Assembly: GCA_034429995.1 (NCBI GenBank)
Contig: DAOUEZ010000007.1
Span: 9,362 to 73,361 of the forward strand
Length of the DNA stretch: 64,000 nt
From: Dehalococcoidia bacterium
Lineage (GTDB): Bacteria > Chloroflexota > Dehalococcoidia > SM23-28-2
Direction: 5' to 3'
This document shows, piece by piece, positions 27,823 to 37,569 of the stretch. Position 1 is the first letter of the stretch, and each line of letters begins with the position of its first letter. The notes under the pieces were generated by a model. The model was not told the DNA's origin. It saw nothing but the letters and a program-made list of their open reading frames with translations, and searched no databases. Position numbers and translations under genes: made by a program.

Positions 27823-28740
27823 ATGGAGAAGCTGCTTCAGGCCTACCTGCGCTTCCTTCAGGCTGAGTGCAACCTGTCGCCCTACACCCTGCGCAACTAC
27901 GAGAGCGACATCCGTTCCTTCTGCCGCTATGCCGAGGATGCCGGTCGGGACATCCGCGACGTCGACCGCTATCTTCTGCGCGGGTATTTGGCCGGGCTGA
28001 GGGAGCAGAAGATGGCTCCGGGCAGCATCGTCCGCAGGGTGAGCACCATCCGCTCCTTCTACCGCTTCCTGGCTCGCCAGGGTCACATCGAGCACGACCC
28101 GCTGGCGGGCGTCCACAGCCCCAAGAAGGGGCGTCGTCTGCCCGGCTTCCTCTCGCCCAAGCAGGTTCTGGCTATCCTGGGGGCAGTGGAGGGCGATAGC
28201 CCCAAGGCCCTGCGCGACCGGGCTATCCTCGAGCTGCTGTACGCCGCCGGCGTTCGCTTGAGCGAGCTGGTAGCCCTGGATACCAGCGACGTAGATATCG
28301 ACGAACAGGAAGTGCGAGTGGTGGGAAAGGGCAACAAGGAACGCATCGCCCTTATGGGGAGGGCAGCGGCCGATGCCTTGCAGCGCTATCTGCGCGAAGG
28401 GCGGCCAGCCCTCGTTCATCGCTCCTATGAAAGGGCCCTCTTCCTCAATAAGGAAGGTGGACGGCTCTCGGCGCGAGCGGTGCAGATCATGGTGCGCCGC
28501 TGCGCCCTCAAGGCCGGCCTCGACGAGCGGGTGTTCCCTCACCTGTTGCGTCACACCTTCGCCACCCATATGCTGGACGGCGGGGCCGACCTGCGGGTGG
28601 TGCAGGAGCTTCTGGGGCACGCCAGCGTAGGCAGCACCCAGATCTACACCCACGTCAGCGAGGCCGAGAAGCGGCGCGTGTATAATGCTGCCTTCTTCAA
28701 TGTGTGGCGGTCGCGACGAAGGCGGAGCGAGGACGAATGA
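27823..28740 (+). CDS. xerC: Tyrosine recombinase XerC/XerD family
   Basis: RDRAILELLYAAGVRLSE, HLLRHTFATH, LLGHASVGSTQIY; conserved dprA-topA-xer context. Confidence 0.88.
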   Translation: MEKLLQAYLRFLQAECNLSPYTLRNYESDIRSFCRYAEDAGRDIRDVDRYLLRGYLAGLREQKMAPGSIVRRVSTIRSFYRFLARQGHIEHDPLAGVHSPKKGRRLPGFLSPKQVLAILGAVEGDSPKALRDRAILELLYAAGVRLSELVALDTSDVDIDEQEVRVVGKGNKERIALMGRAAADALQRYLREGRPALVHRSYERALFLNKEGGRLSARAVQIMVRRCALKAGLDERVFPHLLRHTFATHMLDGGADLRVVQELLGHASVGSTQIYTHVSEAEKRRVYNAAFFNVWRSRRRRSEDE

Positions 28741-29183
28741 GGTTCCTTCTTATCAATGGGCCTAACCTGAACACCCTGGGCAAGCGCCGGCCAGACATCT
28801 ATGGCACCCTTACCCTGAAGGAGATCGAGGCGCGGCTCGCCGAGCGGGCAGCCCAGCGAGGGGTAGAGATCCGGTCCTTCCAGTCCAACCACGAGGGCTC
28901 CCTCATCGACTTCATCCAAGCGGAAGCCGAGGAGGCGCAAGGCATCATAATCAATCCCGGCGCCCTCACCCACTACGGTCTGTCGCTGCGGGATGCCCTG
29001 GAGGACTGCGGCCTGCCCTTCATCGAGGTGCATCTGTCCGACATTCAGGCCCGCGAGTCCTTCCGCCGCCACTCGGTTGTGGCCGACATCGCCGCCGGGC
29101 AGATCTCCGGCCAGGGGTGGGAGGGCTACTTGCGCGCCCTGGACGCCCTGGCGGCTCTGGTGAGAGAGGAGGGCCGTGAGTAA
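28737..29183 (+). CDS. aroQ: Type II 3-dehydroquinate dehydratase
   Basis: INGPNLNTLG, FQSNHEG, INPGALTH, EVHLSDI. Confidence 0.96.
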   Translation: MRFLLINGPNLNTLGKRRPDIYGTLTLKEIEARLAERAAQRGVEIRSFQSNHEGSLIDFIQAEAEEAQGIIINPGALTHYGLSLRDALEDCGLPFIEVHLSDIQARESFRRHSVVADIAAGQISGQGWEGYLRALDALAALVREEGRE

Positions 29184-30315
29184 CCGACTGGAGAGGCTTC
29201 GCCAGAAGATGGCGGAGGTGGAGCTGGACGGCCTTCTGGTCAGCAGCCCCGTCGAGGACACCTTCGGAAACATCGGTGCCAATCGCCGCTATCTCTCCGG
29301 CTTCACCGGCTCCATGGGCTATCTGCTGATCACCCAGGAGATGGCCCTCATCGCTGTGGACTTCCGCTACTACGAGCAGGCCCAGCGCGAGGCCACCGGT
29401 TTCACCCTCTTCCCGGCCAGCGGTCCCCTGCCCGACTGGTTCCCCTCGCTGGTGAGCAAGGCGGGGCTGGCGGGCAAGAGGCTGGGCTTCCAGGCGAGCG
29501 ATATCACCGTCGCCACCTACCAGACGATTACTAAAGCTGTCAAGGACATGCCCGCCTCCCAGCGACCGAGGTTGCTGGCAGCGCCGCCTCTGGTGGAGCA
29601 ACTTCGGGCGATAAAGGACGCCGACGAACTGGCCGCCATCCAGCGGGCCGTCGACCTGGGCGACGAGGCCTTCGTGGCCATCGCCCAGCGCATCGAGCCC
29701 GGCTGGACGGAGGCGCAGGCGGCCTGGGAGATCGAGAAATATATCCGCGAGCATGGCGGCGAAGGCGTTTCCTTCGAGGTCATTGTGGCCGCCGGTCCCT
29801 GGGCGGCGATGCCCCACGCTTACCCTCGTGACGAGAGGATACAGAAGGGGGAGCCCATCCTTATCGACATGGGAGTCCGCCTGGGCGGCTATTGCTCCGA
29901 CCTCAGCCGCACTCTCTTCTTCGGCCAGCCGGACGAGCAATTCGACAAGATTTACGATATAGTTCTGACGGCCCAATTGACGGCGGAGGCGCTCATCCGC
30001 AAGGACATGACCGGAGAGCAGGCCCACTTACTGGCCCACAACGTGATCGCTGAGACAGGCTACGGCGAGAACTTCGGCCACGGCCTTGGCCACGGCGTCG
30101 GCCTGCAGGTCCACGAGATGCCCCGCCTGATCCGTGCCTCGAAGGATGTGCTGGCCGACGGCATGGTGTTTACCATCGAGCCGGGCATCTACGTCAGCGG
30201 CTGGGGCGGCGTTCGCATTGAGGATATGGTCGTGCTGGAGAATGGCCGTCCACGGATGCTTACGAAGGCGCCGAAAGCGAGGGTTGTCGCTGCTGCGCAG
30301 AAGAGCGGCAGTTGA
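29176..30315 (+). CDS. Xaa-Pro aminopeptidase (M24B)
   Basis: PHAYP, IDMG...YCSDLSRT, HGLGHGVG...HE, TIEPGIY, GVRIED. Confidence 0.93.
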   Translation: MSNRLERLRQKMAEVELDGLLVSSPVEDTFGNIGANRRYLSGFTGSMGYLLITQEMALIAVDFRYYEQAQREATGFTLFPASGPLPDWFPSLVSKAGLAGKRLGFQASDITVATYQTITKAVKDMPASQRPRLLAAPPLVEQLRAIKDADELAAIQRAVDLGDEAFVAIAQRIEPGWTEAQAAWEIEKYIREHGGEGVSFEVIVAAGPWAAMPHAYPRDERIQKGEPILIDMGVRLGGYCSDLSRTLFFGQPDEQFDKIYDIVLTAQLTAEALIRKDMTGEQAHLLAHNVIAETGYGENFGHGLGHGVGLQVHEMPRLIRASKDVLADGMVFTIEPGIYVSGWGGVRIEDMVVLENGRPRMLTKAPKARVVAAAQKSGS

Positions 30316-30364
30316 GACCAATGTTTTACGTCGCTGGCGTGGCCCTTCGGGAGGAGGACTTGCT

Positions 30365-31315
30365 ATGGTGAGAAACTCCCTTGACGCCGATAACCGCGCC
30401 GCCAGCTCCGGCGAGCAGGCGGCAGTGCCTCGTGGTCCCAAGGCCTGGCTCCTGGCCCTGCGCCCCTGGTCCTTCCCGGCGTCCATCATCCCTATGCTGG
30501 TGGGGGGCGCCCTGGCCTACCGGGCCGACTTCTGGGACTGGCCGCTCTACTTGCTCACCCTGCTGGGCGGCCTTTTCTTCCACATCGGCGCTAACCTTAC
30601 CAACACCTACTTCGACTTCCAGCGGGGCGCCGATACCGTTGCCCACGCCGATGACCGGACGCTGGTGGACAGGATGCTGCGGCCCAGAGACGTCTTGTTG
30701 CTGATCGGGGTCTTCTTCCTGGCTGGCTCGGCGATCGGTGGCTACCTGGCCTCCCAGAGCGGCTGGGAGCTCCTGGCCCTGGGCACCGCTGGTCTATTCC
30801 TGGGCCTCTTCTACACGGCCGACCCCCTGGGCTACAAATACCGAGCTCTGGGCGATCTGGGTATATTCATCTCCTTCGGGCCCTTCCTGGTGCTGGGCTC
30901 CTACTTCGTGCAAACGGAGAAGCTGGACCTCTTGCCCCTGCTCTTCTCCCTGCCCCTGGGGCTGCTCATCGTTGCCATCGTCCACGCCAACAACTATCGC
31001 GATGCCCGAGCCGACCGCAAGGCCGGCGCCAGGACTCTGGCCCAGGCCCTAGGCGAGCGCGGCTCGAGGTACGCCTACTACCTCCTGGTGCTGACCCCTT
31101 ACGCCTTCGTGATAGCCTTCGGGGCGGCCGTTACTCCCTGGGTGTTGCTTGCCCTTCCCACAATCGTGTTGCCCCTGAGGATGATCCGCCAGTTGAACGC
31201 CGCCGGCGAGGAACTGCGACAAGCCCTGGCTTTCCTGCCCCAGCAGACGGCCAATCTCATCGTCGTCTTCGGGGGGTTGATGGCCCTTGGTATTCTGGGA
31301 AGCGAGCTCGTATAA
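30365..31315 (+). CDS. menA: MenA/UbiA family prenyltransferase
   Basis: WLLALRPWSF, NTYFDFQRGAD, NNYRDARADRKAG, multiple TM helices; ATG 30365 follows GGAGGA. Confidence 0.82.
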   Translation: MVRNSLDADNRAASSGEQAAVPRGPKAWLLALRPWSFPASIIPMLVGGALAYRADFWDWPLYLLTLLGGLFFHIGANLTNTYFDFQRGADTVAHADDRTLVDRMLRPRDVLLLIGVFFLAGSAIGGYLASQSGWELLALGTAGLFLGLFYTADPLGYKYRALGDLGIFISFGPFLVLGSYFVQTEKLDLLPLLFSLPLGLLIVAIVHANNYRDARADRKAGARTLAQALGERGSRYAYYLLVLTPYAFVIAFGAAVTPWVLLALPTIVLPLRMIRQLNAAGEELRQALAFLPQQTANLIVVFGGLMALGILGSELV

Positions 31316-31322
31316 CTCGGAT

Positions 31323-31468
31323 GGTGGGTAATTGGCTCGTGATCGGTGGGTTCTGGGCTTCAAGGTTCACACACGACCCCAGCCTGAAGGCTGGGGCATG
31401 GGGAGGCGAGTCCGATGCCCCCGCCTTGAGGCGGGGGTCCACAATCAACCCACCGACGGCCGACCACC
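31323..31468 (+). ncRNA. Rod-like structured RNA candidate (6S-like), containing two IS200/IS605-end-like hairpins
   Basis: Nested pairings 31323-27/31464-68, 31332-36/31459-63, 31343-52/31447-56 and 31375-99/31415-39 (22 of 25 pairs). Candidate promoter TTGGTA-N18-TATAAC (31287-31316) predicts a start near 31323. Confidence 0.45.
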
Positions 31469-31529
31469 TGCGGATGCTGGCGCCCGCCTACCTTCCGGTG
31501 AGCTCGAGTAGAACTGGGGTGAGGCAACG

Positions 31530-32096
31530 ATGATCGACGCCGGTGACCTGCGCAAAGGGATAACCATCGAAATAGACGGCGTGCTCTATCAGGTGCTGGA
31601 CTTTCAGCACATCAAGATGGGACGAGGCTCCGCCCAGGTGCGCATGAAGCTCAAAGACATCCGCGCCGGCCACATCATCGAACGATCGGTTCAGGCGGGC
31701 ACCAAGTTCTCGCGGGCGCGGGTGGAGCGCCAGCCAGCCCAGTACCTCTACGCCGACGGCGACCTGCACTACTTCATGAACACCGAGACCTATGACCAGA
31801 CCGTCCTCAATACAGAGCAGCTAGGCGACGCTCTTCAGTATCTTAGCGAGAACGCTGTCTGCCAGCTCCTCACCCACGGCGACCAGGCCATCGGTATCGA
31901 ACTGCCAGCCGCCGTCGAGCTGAAGGTAGCCCAGACGGATCCCTGGGTTCGCGGCGATACGGCCCAGGGCGGCACCAAGCCCGCCCGCCTGGAGACGGGC
32001 CTGACCGTGCAGGTGCCTCTGTTCATCAATACCGACGACGTGGTGAAGGTCGACACCCGCAGCGGTCAATACCTGGAGAGGGCCAGCGGTCGATGA
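31530..32096 (+). CDS. efp: Elongation factor P
   Basis: HIKMGRGSAQVR, RGDTAQGGTKPARLETG, KVDTRSGQY. Confidence 0.97.
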   Translation: MIDAGDLRKGITIEIDGVLYQVLDFQHIKMGRGSAQVRMKLKDIRAGHIIERSVQAGTKFSRARVERQPAQYLYADGDLHYFMNTETYDQTVLNTEQLGDALQYLSENAVCQLLTHGDQAIGIELPAAVELKVAQTDPWVRGDTAQGGTKPARLETGLTVQVPLFINTDDVVKVDTRSGQYLERASGR

Positions 32097-33286
32097 GGGA
32101 GATCTATTCCGTAGGTCAGGTCGCCACCTATGTCCGTGAGCTCCTGGAGACCGACACCCATCTGGCCGACCTCTGGGTGGAGGGAGAGGTCTCCAACCTC
32201 ACTCGCTCGGCGGCCGGCCACACCTACTTCACCCTCAAGGACGAGTCGGCCCAGGTTCGCTGCGTGATGTTCCGCCGCCAGTATGCCGGCACGCCCCTTG
32301 AGGATGGCACCCAGGTGACAGCCCACGGCCGCATCTCCTTCTTCGAGCGGCGGGGCGAGCTGCAACTGAACGTCGATTTCGTCCAGCCGGCCGGCGTGGG
32401 CATCTGGCAGGCCCAGCTCGAGCGCCTCAAGGCTCAGCTCGAGGAGGAGGGGCTGTTCGAGCCCTCGCGCAAGCGGCCGCTTCCCGCCTTCCCGCGGCGC
32501 ATCGGCGTGGTCACCTCCCCCGCTGGCGCCGTCTTCCACGACATCTGCAACATCGTCGGACGCCGCTGGCCGCTGACCGAGATCATCCTCGCTCCTACCC
32601 TTGTGCAGGGAGACGAGGCGGCGCCAGCCATCGTGGAGGCGCTGTCCAGTCTGAACCGTGAGTCAGATATCGACGTGATCATTGTCGCCCGCGGCGGCGG
32701 TTCGCTAGAGGAACTCTGGCCCTTCAATGAGGAGATGGTGGCCCGGGCCATCTATGCCAGCCGCATACCGATAGTATCGGCGGTGGGCCACGAGACCGAC
32801 TACACCATCGCCGATTACGTGGCCGACCTGCGGGCTCCCACCCCTTCAGCGGCAGCCGAGCTGGTGGTGCCCGACCGAAGAGAGGTCTCCCGCCAGATCA
32901 CGGGCTCTATGGTCACCCTCGCGGGGTGGATGACTGGCCATGTGGCTCGTCATCGAGCGGCAGTGGACCAGCTCCTGCTTCGCCTGCGCCGCAGCGCCCC
33001 CGACGTGGACAAGGAGAGGCAGCGACTGGCCGTCCTCCTGGGCAGCGCCCAGTCAGCGATGGCCCAGACTCTGAACGGCCATCGGGAGCGCCTAAAGGCC
33101 CATGCTCTGCAACTTCGCTCCCTGGAGCCCAGGGGCACGCTGGCCCGTGGCTATGCCCTCGTGCAGCGGCGGGCCGATGGCCAGGTGGTGCGCAGCGTCA
33201 GCCAGGTCAAGGGCCGCGACCGCCTGGACGTGCAGGTGACCGATGGCCACTTCCCAGCGGAGGTGTCGCGGCAGCATGGCTTCTGA
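32093..33286 (+). CDS. xseA: Exodeoxyribonuclease VII large subunit
   Basis: GHTYFTLKD, RIGVVTSP, ARGGGSLEEL, SAVGHETD, RAPTPSAAAE. Confidence 0.96.
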   Translation: MREIYSVGQVATYVRELLETDTHLADLWVEGEVSNLTRSAAGHTYFTLKDESAQVRCVMFRRQYAGTPLEDGTQVTAHGRISFFERRGELQLNVDFVQPAGVGIWQAQLERLKAQLEEEGLFEPSRKRPLPAFPRRIGVVTSPAGAVFHDICNIVGRRWPLTEIILAPTLVQGDEAAPAIVEALSSLNRESDIDVIIVARGGGSLEELWPFNEEMVARAIYASRIPIVSAVGHETDYTIADYVADLRAPTPSAAAELVVPDRREVSRQITGSMVTLAGWMTGHVARHRAAVDQLLLRLRRSAPDVDKERQRLAVLLGSAQSAMAQTLNGHRERLKAHALQLRSLEPRGTLARGYALVQRRADGQVVRSVSQVKGRDRLDVQVTDGHFPAEVSRQHGF

Positions 33287-33566
33287 GGCTGGCGAAAGCT
33301 TCGAGGAGGCCTTCCGCCGTCTGGAGGAGACGGTGGCCAGGCTGGAGGAGGGCGGTCTGCCTCTGGAGGAGGCCCTGGCCCTCTACGAGGAGGGGATGCG
33401 CCTGGCCCAGGGGTGTCAGGAACTCCTTGACCAAGCGGAGCTGCGTATCACTCGTCTGCAGGAAGTGTTCGCCGCCTACCGGAAAGAGGCCTCGAGGGGG
33501 CTGCACGAGGAAGAGCCCACCTACGCCCCCGAGGACGAGGAGGACGAGCCCCTTGCTGAAGGCTGA
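33276..33566 (+). CDS. xseB: Exodeoxyribonuclease VII small subunit
   Basis: SFEEAFRRLEETVARLEEGGLPLEEALALYEEG; ATG overlaps the end of xseA. Confidence 0.94.
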   Translation: MASEAGESFEEAFRRLEETVARLEEGGLPLEEALALYEEGMRLAQGCQELLDQAELRITRLQEVFAAYRKEASRGLHEEEPTYAPEDEEDEPLAEG

Positions 33567-34215
33567 CCTCCACACTCACACCTACTTCTCGCCCGACTCC
33601 CTCACGTCACCTGAGAAATACGTGCAGGCCTGTGTCAACCGGAGCGTCAACTGCGTGGCCGTCACCGATCACAACGCTATTGGTGGTGCCCTGGCCATCG
33701 AGAAGTTGGCCTCCTTCAAGGTGATCATCGGGGAGGAGGTCGGGAGCTCGGAGGGCGAGATCATTGGCCTCTTCCTCCAGGAAGAGGTGCCGGCCGGGCT
33801 CAGCCCCGAGGAGACGGTGCGGCGCATTAAGGAACAGGGCGGGCTGGTCTGTGTACCTCACCCGTTCGACCGACTTCGCGGCACCCGCCTGGCCGAGGCA
33901 GCGCTGATGCGCATCCTGCCCCAGGTGGAGATCATCGAGGCCCTGAACGCGCGCACCACCCGGCGGCGCGACAACGAGCACGCGGCTCGCTTCGCTGAGG
34001 AGCACGGCCTGGCGATGTCGGCGGGCAGTGATGCTCACACGGCGCGAGAGCTGGGGCGGGCCTCGGTGGAGATGCCCGACTTCGAGGGGCCGCGGGAGTT
34101 CCTCCAGGCCCTCAAGCAGGGACGCATCGTGGGCCGACTGTCCAGCCCGCTAGTGCACCTTTCGAGCCGCTGGGCCTGGCTGCGACGCCGCCTGGGCTGG
34201 CGGCCGGCAGGATAA
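33553..34215 (+). CDS. PHP-domain metal-dependent phosphoesterase
   Basis: ADLHTHT, AVTDHN, PHPF, AGSDAH. The likely start is TTG 33553; the ORF track extends this frame to 32926. Confidence 0.88.
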   Translation: MLKADLHTHTYFSPDSLTSPEKYVQACVNRSVNCVAVTDHNAIGGALAIEKLASFKVIIGEEVGSSEGEIIGLFLQEEVPAGLSPEETVRRIKEQGGLVCVPHPFDRLRGTRLAEAALMRILPQVEIIEALNARTTRRRDNEHAARFAEEHGLAMSAGSDAHTARELGRASVEMPDFEGPREFLQALKQGRIVGRLSSPLVHLSSRWAWLRRRLGWRPAG

Positions 34216-34225
34216 AAGGACGATC

Positions 34226-35044
34226 ATGCTGCGTATCGGCTGGTTCTCCACCGGGCGCGATGAGGCCGCCTGTCAGCTCCTGGAGACGGCCTGGCAGGCC
34301 ATCCAGGCCGGCGAACTGACGGCCCGCATCGCCTTCGTCTTCAGTAATCGAGAGCGGGGGGAGAATCCGGCCAGCGACCGCTTCTTCGATCTGGTGGAAG
34401 GCTACGGCATACCCCTGGTTTGCCTGTCATCGAGACGCTTTCGCCAGGATCGAGGCGAACCGCCCGCTCGTGCTGGCGAGCCGCTGCCCGCCTGGCGGGC
34501 GGATTACGACCGGACGGTAATACGTCTGCTGGAGGCACATCCCTTCGACCTGGGCGTCCTCGCTGGCTATATGCTTATCTTCACAGAGGAGGCCTGCCAG
34601 CGCTACAATCTCCTCAACCTCCACCCGGCGCCGCCCGGCGGGCCGACTGGCACCTGGCAGGAGGTCATCTGGCAGCTCATGGAGCAGGGGGCATCGACGG
34701 CAGGGGTGATGATGCACCTGGCAACGCCAAAACTCGACCAAGGCCCGCCCGTCACCTATTGCACCTATGGCGTCCGTGGGCCCGCCTTCGACGGGCTGTG
34801 GGCGGAGCTGGAGGGGAGGAGCGCGGGTGAGGTGCGAGCCAGCGAAGGCGAGGGCAATCGGCTGTTTCGGGAGATCCGCCGTCAGGGCGTAATGCGCGAG
34901 CTTCCCCTGGTGGTGGCCACCCTGCGGGCCTTCGCCGATGGGAAGGTGCGCATCGAGGGCGGGCGAGTGGTGGACACTGACGGCCGCCCTATCGCCGCAT
35001 ACGACCTGACGCAGGAGATCGACCGTTTGGTGGGTTCGGCATGA
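34226..35044 (+). CDS. purN: Formyltransferase, PurN-like
   Basis: FVFSNRERG, GVLAGYMLI, LNLHPA, GVMMHLATPKLDQGP resemble the GAR transformylase fold, though divergent. Confidence 0.7.
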   Translation: MLRIGWFSTGRDEAACQLLETAWQAIQAGELTARIAFVFSNRERGENPASDRFFDLVEGYGIPLVCLSSRRFRQDRGEPPARAGEPLPAWRADYDRTVIRLLEAHPFDLGVLAGYMLIFTEEACQRYNLLNLHPAPPGGPTGTWQEVIWQLMEQGASTAGVMMHLATPKLDQGPPVTYCTYGVRGPAFDGLWAELEGRSAGEVRASEGEGNRLFREIRRQGVMRELPLVVATLRAFADGKVRIEGGRVVDTDGRPIAAYDLTQEIDRLVGSA

Positions 35045-36039
35045 ACCAGGAATCGACTCGCTGCATTGCCTTCGACATGGAGGGGCCTCTTACCTCCCAG
35101 GACGCCGCCTTCGAGCTCATGGGCCTGGTCCCGGGAGGTCACGAGGTATTTCGGGCCATCAGCCGCTACGATGACATCCTGGCCCTGGCCGGTCGGCCCG
35201 ACTACGAGCCCGGCGACACGTTAGCGCTTATCGTCCCCTTCCTCCTCTACCACCGCCTGAGTGTCTTCCATATTGAGCGCCTGGCCGAATCGGCCCCTCT
35301 GGTGGAAGGGGCGGCAGAAACTATCGCCCAACTGGCGGACGAGGGGTATCAGGTCTTCTGCATCACCACCACCTATGAGCAGTACGCCCAGCGGCTGGCT
35401 CAGCGGCTGGGTCTGGCGGCGGAGCGACTGGCCTGCACCAGCTTCCCTCTGGAAGAGGTCGCCGCTCGTCTGACCCAGGACGATATCGGGGCGGTGGCCC
35501 GCGTCGAGCTGGCCCTGCGCCAGCGGGACGTGCAGGAGGACGATGGGCGCCTTCAGGCTCTTCTCGACGACTTCTACTGGGAGGAGCTGCCCGGCACGCC
35601 TCTGGGGGATGCAGTGGCATCGGTCAAGCCCGTCGGCGGGAAGCGGAAGGTGGAGGCCCTGGCTAGGTTCGCCGAGTCTGCCCAACTGGAGACCTCCCGC
35701 TGGGTGGTAGTGGGCGATAGCATCACTGACAATGCCATGCTCACCACCGTCCGCGATGCCGGCGGCCTGGCCGTCGTCTTCAACGGCAACCAGTACGCCC
35801 TGGAGTGTGGGACAGTGGGGGCGGCCTCCACGTCTCTCGCCGCTCTTCTGCCTCTGCTAAGGGTCTGGCAGAGCGGTGACCTGGAGGGAGCGCGCGATTT
35901 CGTGTCGCGGTTGGCCAAGGCCATCGAGGCGCCTGGTGCTCATTATCACTGGCTGGCCGGCGTCGACATCGCCAAAGCGCTGGCGGTGCACGCTCGCTTT
36001 CGCCGCCTAGTGCGCGAGGGAGCGGCGGAGCTGGGATAG
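35041..36039 (+). CDS. HAD-superfamily-like hypothetical protein
   Basis: Motif I variant FDMEGP, ITTT, K, and VGDSITD motif IV. Confidence 0.65.
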   Translation: MNQESTRCIAFDMEGPLTSQDAAFELMGLVPGGHEVFRAISRYDDILALAGRPDYEPGDTLALIVPFLLYHRLSVFHIERLAESAPLVEGAAETIAQLADEGYQVFCITTTYEQYAQRLAQRLGLAAERLACTSFPLEEVAARLTQDDIGAVARVELALRQRDVQEDDGRLQALLDDFYWEELPGTPLGDAVASVKPVGGKRKVEALARFAESAQLETSRWVVVGDSITDNAMLTTVRDAGGLAVVFNGNQYALECGTVGAASTSLAALLPLLRVWQSGDLEGARDFVSRLAKAIEAPGAHYHWLAGVDIAKALAVHARFRRLVREGAAELG

Positions 36040-36042
36040 GCC

Positions 36043-37038
36043 ATGCCCGCTTTCGACGTCATTGGCATTGGCGCCCTGAACATAGACCGCATTTACTCTG
36101 TGCCCCGGGTCGTCACCGACGGCGCCCAACTGATCGACGAGGTAGTGGTGGATGCCGGCGGCTGCTCCGCCAATACCGCTTATGCCCTGGCCAAGCTGGG
36201 CCTCCACTGCGGCTTTCTGGGCGCGGTGGGCGACGACGCCGATGGCGAGACCGTCGTCCGTTCCTTTGTCGAGGTGGGGGTGGACACCAGCTACATCGCG
36301 CGCAAGGCGGGGGTCGCCACCGGCTCGGTGCTCGCCTTCGCTGACGAAGAGGGCAATCGGGCCATGTACGCCGAACAGGGAGCGAACGCTCTCTTCGAGC
36401 CGGAGGACCTGGACGCGGCCTACCTGGCCAGCGCTCGTCTCATCCTTTTTTCCTCCTTCGGGGGCGCTATTCCTCTCGCTGTGCAGAGACGCGCTGTCGA
36501 GGCTCTGCCCCCGACCGCTGTGACGGCCCTGTTTATTGATGCCCTGCTGGCCCATGGTGGCCTGGATGCCCTGGCCGAGCTGGTCAGCCGTTGCACGATC
36601 ACCTTCGCCAACGCTGATGAGCTCAGAGAGCTGACGGGGCTGGAGCTTCCTGCCGCCGCTGAGGCCCTCCTCGACCTCGGCTGCCAGACGGTGGTGGTGA
36701 CCTTCGGGCGGGGAATGACGCGCCAGCCCTGGATGGAGACGGAGGCAGTCGCGGAGGAACGAAGGGAGCTGCCCATCGTCTGCTGGCTGCTGAGCAGGGA
36801 CAGCCGCTGGGCGCTGCCGGCGCTGCCCACCCACGAGGGCCCTATCGTCGATGCCACCGGTGCCGGCGACGCCTTCGCTGCCGGCTTCCTCTGGGGTTTC
36901 CTGGCAGAGGAGCCTCTGTCTCGCTGCGCCTCCCTGGGCCACGTGGCCGCCGGTTTTTGCCTCGCCAGCATGGGCTGTCGGGCTGGCCTGCCCACGCGAG
37001 AGGCATTGCTGACCCGCCACGCCCATCACTTCGGCTAA
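36043..37038 (+). CDS. PfkB/ribokinase family carbohydrate kinase
   Basis: GGCSANTAYALAKLG, ANADE, VDATGAGDAFAAGF. Confidence 0.93.
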   Translation: MPAFDVIGIGALNIDRIYSVPRVVTDGAQLIDEVVVDAGGCSANTAYALAKLGLHCGFLGAVGDDADGETVVRSFVEVGVDTSYIARKAGVATGSVLAFADEEGNRAMYAEQGANALFEPEDLDAAYLASARLILFSSFGGAIPLAVQRRAVEALPPTAVTALFIDALLAHGGLDALAELVSRCTITFANADELRELTGLELPAAAEALLDLGCQTVVVTFGRGMTRQPWMETEAVAEERRELPIVCWLLSRDSRWALPALPTHEGPIVDATGAGDAFAAGFLWGFLAEEPLSRCASLGHVAAGFCLASMGCRAGLPTREALLTRHAHHFG

Positions 37039-37050
37039 CAGGCGCCGCCG

Positions 37051-37080
37051 TTGTCGTTTGTCTCAAGGGGCTGCTATAAT
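37051..37080 (+). promoter_or_regulatory. Putative promoter with extended -10
   Basis: TTGTCG-N18-TATAAT with TGc-TATAAT. Confidence 0.5.
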
Positions 37081-37118
37081 AGGGCCAGCTTGGGGGTCCT
37101 GGGCTAAGGAGGCGAGCC

Positions 37119-37487
37119 ATGCGTTGTTCCAACTGCGGCGATCTCTGCTCCTTGGACGATAATTTCTGTCGAAAGTGTGGCGCCTCCTTGCGCAACGTCA
37201 GGGTGCCAGCCGCCCGCAATGGCTCCCAGCTTCCTGTCGCCTGGCGAAGCGCGATGCCGGCGGTGGCCCAGGGAGCGGCCGTCTTCGCTCTGGGCGCCGC
37301 CGTCCAGATGCTGCTGCGGATGCTGGGCAGACGGGCTGTTCAGCTGCCTGTGTCGTTGATAAGGCGGCAGCCCGCCAAGAAAAAGACAAGCCGCCTTCCG
37401 GCCAGAAAAGAGGAGGAGAACCAACCCGGAGGATCCTACGACGTTCAGGAGACGTTGTTCCTGAGAAGAATTATTCTGCGTCGCTAG
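37119..37487 (+). CDS. Zinc-ribbon domain protein with one hydrophobic segment
   Basis: CSNC...CRKC; RBS AAGGAGG. Confidence 0.75.
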   Translation: MRCSNCGDLCSLDDNFCRKCGASLRNVRVPAARNGSQLPVAWRSAMPAVAQGAAVFALGAAVQMLLRMLGRRAVQLPVSLIRRQPAKKKTSRLPARKEEENQPGGSYDVQETLFLRRIILRR

Positions 37488-37569
37488 GGAGGCGATTACC
37501 CCCGCGAAGGGATAGGTGTAAGAGGGCGTGGCTCAGTGGCTGCGTCTTCGTCTTAGAGGGAGTGGACTG

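Noticed and set aside
27823-28740. Tyrosine recombinase as a prophage or ICE integrase
   Set aside because: It has XerC/D size and motifs in the conserved dprA-topA-xer housekeeping context, with no att sites or phage genes.
32926-33552. N-terminal extension of the PHP protein implied by the 429-aa ORF
   Set aside because: It overlaps xseA and xseB in other frames; the PHP domain starts at TTG 33553.
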